In this document: in pieces, positions 34,102-37,671 of the stretch
Layout of the letters: each line of letters opens with the position of its first letter
Numbering within the stretch: the first letter of the stretch is position 1
NCBI GenBank assembly: GCA_038064795.1
Contig: JBBTSH010000041.1
Location: forward strand, 1-37,671
Direction of reading: 5' to 3'
Length of the DNA: 37,671 bases
Source of the DNA: Patescibacteria group bacterium
Lineage (GTDB): Bacteria; Patescibacteriota; Minisyncoccia; Phycocordibacterales; SBAW01
Position numbers and translations under genes: made by a program
The notes under the pieces: model-generated
Seen by the model: the letters and a program-made list of their open reading frames with translations, nothing else
Databases searched by the model: none
Told to the model about the DNA's origin: nothing

Positions 34102-35091
34102 ATGTATACCCTTAAAAATAAGGTTATTTTGATTACCGGGGGCACCGGCTCTTTTGGTAAGGCATGTATAACAAAAATCCTCGCTGAACACGATCCGAAA
34201 GCAATCCGTATTTATAGTCGCGATGAGCTCAAACAGTGGGAAATGGCGCAAGAGTTTAGTTCCGACAAGCTCCGCTTTTTTATCGGTGATGTCCGTGACA
34301 GCGAGCGCCTTAAACGTGCCTGTGAGGGGGTGGATGTAATTTTGCATGCAGCAGCGCTCAAACAAGTCCCCGCGTGTGAGTACAACCCCATGGAGGCAGT
34401 TAAGACAAACGTAAACGGCGCCATGAATGTAATCAACGCGGCACTTGATAACAATGTTCAGAGGGTAATAGCGTTATCGACTGACAAAGCTGCGAATCCC
34501 ATCAATATTTATGGGGCGACTAAACTTGCTTCTGATAGGCTTTTTATACAATCAAATGCATACCGCGGGGCAGAGCGGGACACGCAATTTTCCGTTGTGC
34601 GTTACGGCAATGTGATGGGGAGTCGCGGCAGTATTATCCCGTTGTTTCGCGCGCAGCGTGAGAGAGGAGTGGTAACCATCACCGACGCACGCATGACTCG
34701 TTTTTGGATCACGTTGCCGCAGGCAGTCGATTTTGTACTCTCCTCACTCGCCATCATGCAGGGAGGCGAGTTGTTTGTGCCGAAAATTCCCAGCATGAAG
34801 ATAACCGATCTTGCAAAAATAATCGCGCCAAAAGCGAAACAGCAAATAATCGGCATTCGCCCCGGAGAGAAACTGCATGAGCTACTCGTCCCCGTTGGTG
34901 AAGCTCGTGAAGGGTTGGAGCTCAAAGACAGATACATTATTCTCTCTCAGTCCAGGGAATGGGATATAGACATCAGCAAATACCCCAAAGCACGAAAAAT
35001 GAAAAATGATTTTGAGTTTAACAGCAAAGATAATAAATATCTGTCGCAAAAAGAGATGCAGGCGCTCCTCAATATGCTTGATCTCGCGTAA
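34102..35091 (+). CDS. pseB: UDP-N-acetylglucosamine 4,6-dehydratase (inverting), PseB/FlaA1-type
   Basis: Near full-length motif agreement with PseB/FlaA1: KVILITGGTGSFGK, IYSRDELKQWEM, FFIGDVRD, LHAAALKQVPACEYNPMEAVKTNVNGAMNV, STDKAANPINIYGATKLASD, FSVVRYGNVMGSRGS, MTRFWITL, FVPKIPSMKITDLA, IIGIRPGEKLHE. Confidence 0.85.
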   Translation: MYTLKNKVILITGGTGSFGKACITKILAEHDPKAIRIYSRDELKQWEMAQEFSSDKLRFFIGDVRDSERLKRACEGVDVILHAAALKQVPACEYNPMEAVKTNVNGAMNVINAALDNNVQRVIALSTDKAANPINIYGATKLASDRLFIQSNAYRGAERDTQFSVVRYGNVMGSRGSIIPLFRAQRERGVVTITDARMTRFWITLPQAVDFVLSSLAIMQGGELFVPKIPSMKITDLAKIIAPKAKQQIIGIRPGEKLHELLVPVGEAREGLELKDRYIILSQSREWDIDISKYPKARKMKNDFEFNSKDNKYLSQKEMQALLNMLDLA

Positions 35092-35100
35092 GATACATTC

Positions 35101-36228
35101 ATGATCCCATACTCGACCCAAGATATTAATGAGGCTGATATCAGGGCGGTAGTAAAGACTCTGCGCTCAGGACGGCTCACTCAGGGCCCGGGGATCGATC
35201 GTTTTGAAAAAGCGCTCGCAAAAAAAGCGGGCACCAAGTATGCCGTAGTGCTCAACTCCGGCACCGCGGCGCTCCATGCGGCGTATTTTGCCGCCGGAGT
35301 GAAAAAGGACGATGAAGTTGTTGTGCCGGCACTTACCTTTGCCGCGACCGCGAATGCCGCTTTATATCTGGGGGCGAAGCCCGTCTTTGCCGATGTCGAC
35401 TTGGCAAGCGGGCTTATGACTGCAGAAACCGCACGTACGAAGATTTCAAAAAAAACAAAAGTACTCGTGCCCGTCGACTATGCCGGCCGCCCGGCCGACT
35501 ACCGTGCGCTGCGCACACTCGCTAAAAAACATAAACTCATACTCATTGCAGACGCTGCACAAAGTCTCGGAGCCCGATATCGTGGGAAGCCTGCCGCCGC
35601 GTGGGCCGATATGGCCATTTACAGTTTTCATCCGGTCAAGTCGATTACCACCGCAGAGGGCGGCGCGGTGGTGACAAACAATGCCGAGTACGCCGAGCGG
35701 GTAAAACTTTTTCGCAGCCACGGCATTACTAAAGATACTTCGCGTTTGGAGCACGCAGACGAGGGCGGTTGGTATATGGAGCAGCAGGCGCTTGGCTACA
35801 ATTACCGTATGCCTGATATTCTGGCGTCGCTCGGCGAGAGCCAGTTGAAGCGTCTTGAAGTATTTATCGCCAAACGCTCTGCTGCGGCCCGGCGATACTT
35901 TTCCTTACTCAAACATGATGTCCGCATAACGCTGCCCCCGGCCGATTCGGCAGACAACAAATCTGCCTGGCATCTCTACACAGTGCGCGTAGACTCCCGC
36001 AAACGCCGCGCAGCTTTTGACGCCCTGCGTGCTGCGGGGATAGGGGTGCAGGTACACCATATTCCGGTACATCTGCACCCGTACTACCAGAAACTTGGAT
36101 ATACAAAAGGGTCCTGCCCGAACGTCGAAGCCTGGTATGCGAGCGAAATCTCCCTGCCAATATTTGCTAGAATAAGCTCCGCGCAGCAGGCGCGCGTGGT
36201 ACGGACATTGCGTAAGGCACTCGCATGA
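35101..36228 (+). CDS. pseC: UDP-4-amino-4,6-dideoxy-N-acetyl-hexosamine transaminase, PseC-type (DegT family, Lys present)
   Basis: IPYSTQDINEADIRAVVKTLRSGRLTQGP, VLNSGTAALH, VPVDYAGRPAD, ADAAQSLGA, YSFHPVKSITTAEGGAVVTNN, LFRSHGITKD, YNYRMPDI, EISLPIF. Confidence 0.8.
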   Translation: MIPYSTQDINEADIRAVVKTLRSGRLTQGPGIDRFEKALAKKAGTKYAVVLNSGTAALHAAYFAAGVKKDDEVVVPALTFAATANAALYLGAKPVFADVDLASGLMTAETARTKISKKTKVLVPVDYAGRPADYRALRTLAKKHKLILIADAAQSLGARYRGKPAAAWADMAIYSFHPVKSITTAEGGAVVTNNAEYAERVKLFRSHGITKDTSRLEHADEGGWYMEQQALGYNYRMPDILASLGESQLKRLEVFIAKRSAAARRYFSLLKHDVRITLPPADSADNKSAWHLYTVRVDSRKRRAAFDALRAAGIGVQVHHIPVHLHPYYQKLGYTKGSCPNVEAWYASEISLPIFARISSAQQARVVRTLRKALA

Positions 36229-37535
36229 AAAACTCTGGACAAAAACTTTGGAAAAGGGCGAAAAAAATAATTCCTGGCGGCGGCCAACTGTTAAGCAAGC
36301 GCGCGGAGATGTTTGCTCCCGGGGTGTGGCCCGCATACTACTCGCGCGCAAAAGGTGCGACTATTTGGGATCTCGATGGTAAAAAATACACCGACTTTTC
36401 GCTGATGGGGGTGGGAGCCAACATGCTTGGCTATGCCAACCCTGACGTCGACAATGCGGTGATAGCCGCCATCAAGCACGGCTCAATGTCGACGCTCAAT
36501 ACTCCGAAGGAAGTCGAGCTTGCCGAACTGCTGTTGCGACTCCACCCGTGGGCGGACATGGTGCGCTACGCGCGCACGGGCGGCGAGAGTATGGCTATTG
36601 CCGCACGCATTGCGCGCGCATACAGCGGGCGCGACACGATTGCCTTTTGCGGGTATCACGGTTGGGCCGACTGGTACTTAGCGACCAATTTACAAAAAAA
36701 AGATGCGCTTGCCGCGCACTTGCTGAAGGGTCTCGAGCCTAAAGGAGTTCCCCGGGGCTTGCGTGGGAGTATTGTTCCTTTTCGGTACAACCACATTGAG
36801 GAACTTGAACAAATAATCAAAAAGCACGGCAAGCTCGCTGCAGTTATTATGGAGCCCGTTCATGGAGAAGAACCACAAAAAGGATTTCTTAAAAAAGTGC
36901 GCGCACTTGCCAACAAAGCCGGTGCGGTACTTGTATTTGATGAAATCACGATGGGGTTCCGGCTCACGCTTGGAGGCGCACATCTTACGTATGGCGTTAT
37001 GCCTGACATGGCGATATTTGCCAAGGGGATGAGCAACGGCTACCCGATGGCCGCAATCATCGGCAAGAAAAACGTCATGCAGGCTGCACAAGGGACTTTT
37101 ATTTCGAGCACCTACTGGACCGAAGCGGTCGGACCCGCTGCCGCTCTCGCCACAATTCGCACCATGAAAAAAAAGAAAGTGCAGACCCGTCTTGCCGCGC
37201 TAGGCCGCCGCGTGCGTGTGGTGTGGCAGAAGGCTGCTTTGAAACACGGGCTGGTGATTAATTGCAGTGGCGTAGCGCCAATGCAATTTTTCTCTTTTTC
37301 AGGCCCTGACGCGCAAATTATAAAAACAGTTTTCGTGACCGAAATGCTCAAGCGTGGATTTTTAGCATCGAACCTTTACTACGCGAGTTTTGCGCACACC
37401 GATGCTGATGTTGCCCGCTATGAACGGGCGCTGAATGAAGTCTTCGCGCTTATCGTTAAAGCGCAAAAAATGGGGCACTTGAAGAAACTACTTAAGGGAC
37501 CCGTCGCTCACACTGGTTTCGAGCGGCTTAATTAA
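36225..37535 (+). CDS. Class-III aminotransferase, glutamate-1-semialdehyde 2,1-aminomutase (HemL)-like
   Basis: GGGQLLSKRAEMF, DLDGKKYTDF, YARTGGESMAIAARIARAY, VIMEPV, LVFDEITMGFR, and FAKGMSNGYPMAA (PLP Lys). ATGA overlap with pseC. Confidence 0.8.
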   Translation: MKNSGQKLWKRAKKIIPGGGQLLSKRAEMFAPGVWPAYYSRAKGATIWDLDGKKYTDFSLMGVGANMLGYANPDVDNAVIAAIKHGSMSTLNTPKEVELAELLLRLHPWADMVRYARTGGESMAIAARIARAYSGRDTIAFCGYHGWADWYLATNLQKKDALAAHLLKGLEPKGVPRGLRGSIVPFRYNHIEELEQIIKKHGKLAAVIMEPVHGEEPQKGFLKKVRALANKAGAVLVFDEITMGFRLTLGGAHLTYGVMPDMAIFAKGMSNGYPMAAIIGKKNVMQAAQGTFISSTYWTEAVGPAAALATIRTMKKKKVQTRLAALGRRVRVVWQKAALKHGLVINCSGVAPMQFFSFSGPDAQIIKTVFVTEMLKRGFLASNLYYASFAHTDADVARYERALNEVFALIVKAQKMGHLKKLLKGPVAHTGFERLN

Positions 37536-37543
37536 AAAAATAA

Positions 37544-37563
37544 CCCCGCGGGAAACCGCGGGG
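37544..37563 (+). terminator. GC-rich hairpin after the last gene of the long operon (terminator candidate)
   Basis: CCCCGCGG-GAAA-CCGCGGGG (8-bp stem, GNRA-type tetraloop) begins 9 nt after the stop at 37535. The nearest T-run (TTTATTTT) is about 12 nt downstream, so this is not a textbook intrinsic terminator. Confidence 0.45.
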
Positions 37564-37671
37564 TCGAACACTCAGTTTATTTTGTGACACCGGGTGCTTA
37601 GGGCCGGTCCGGATTGAATGTAAGGAGTTCCATCAGCCCCCCTTTCATTTTTTTGTATGACGACCCGACTT

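Noticed and set aside
37564-37671. Minus-strand mini-ORF (MKGGLMELLTFNPDRP, preceded by AAAGGGGGG) downstream of the terminal hairpin
   Set aside because: It is only 16 codons, with no support beyond an SD-like G-run. It could be the 5' region of a gene or RNA extending beyond the window, but that cannot be evaluated here.
1-37671. Alternative genetic code (UGA or UAG reassignment), considered because the gene content resembles uncultivated lineages
   Set aside because: TGA, TAA and TAG all terminate ORFs exactly at ATGA-type or short overlaps with the next gene's start. Full-length family domains are obtained with the standard code, so no recoding is needed.
1-37671. Search for CRISPR repeats, tRNA/rRNA genes, IS elements, integrases, and defence or toxin-antitoxin cassettes
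   Set aside because: Intergenic space is minimal, with the largest gaps about 80-125 nt. I noticed no regularly spaced direct repeats or long inverted repeats, and every long ORF is accounted for by glycan-biosynthesis families. An exhaustive repeat search by eye is not possible, so short or diverged repeats could have been missed.

Overview
This 37.7-kb window is almost entirely coding. I predict 37 genes, 31 on the + strand, and many overlap at start/stop junctions by 4-20 nt (often ATGA). I saw no rRNA, tRNA, CRISPR array, transposase, integrase or phage genes. The whole window is a cell-surface glycan biosynthesis super-cluster with three recognisable parts. (1) nt 1-15400 holds glycosyltransferases (GT4 x3, GT9-like, exostosin-like), five SAM methyltransferases, a GT2::GT-C fusion with a separate GtrA-family gene, an RmlD-family reductase, and a fusion of GDP-mannose 4,6-dehydratase to a DegT-family domain whose PLP lysine is replaced by histidine (ColD-type 3-dehydratase signature). 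(2) nt 15476-23392 is a nucleotide-sugar tailoring block: a short UDP-Glc-dehydrogenase-like protein, two SDRs, a degenerate Nudix protein, a TylCIII-type C-methyltransferase, an FdtA-like cupin, a GT4 and a TagF-like transferase. (3) nt 23433-37535 is a tight 15-gene co-directional operon. It encodes two N-acetyl-sugar amidotransferase paralogues flanking HisH/HisF-like subunits, two GNATs, an SpsF-type cytidylyltransferase, a Gfo/Idh/MocA oxidoreductase, a DegT aminotransferase, an unknown protein, an adenylate-forming enzyme with an unassigned C-terminal domain, PseB, PseC and a HemL-like class-III aminotransferase, and it ends at a GC-rich hairpin. The most unusual points are the four in-frame domain fusions, the Lys->His DegT domain, the C-terminally truncated dehydrogenase paralogues, the duplicated amidotransferase system, and a PseB/PseC branch with no NeuB/PseI or clear PseG in the window. 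All family assignments come from motif recognition by eye, with no database search. Functions are hypotheses, although coding status is generally secure. Taxonomy cannot be determined from the window. The standard genetic code fits.
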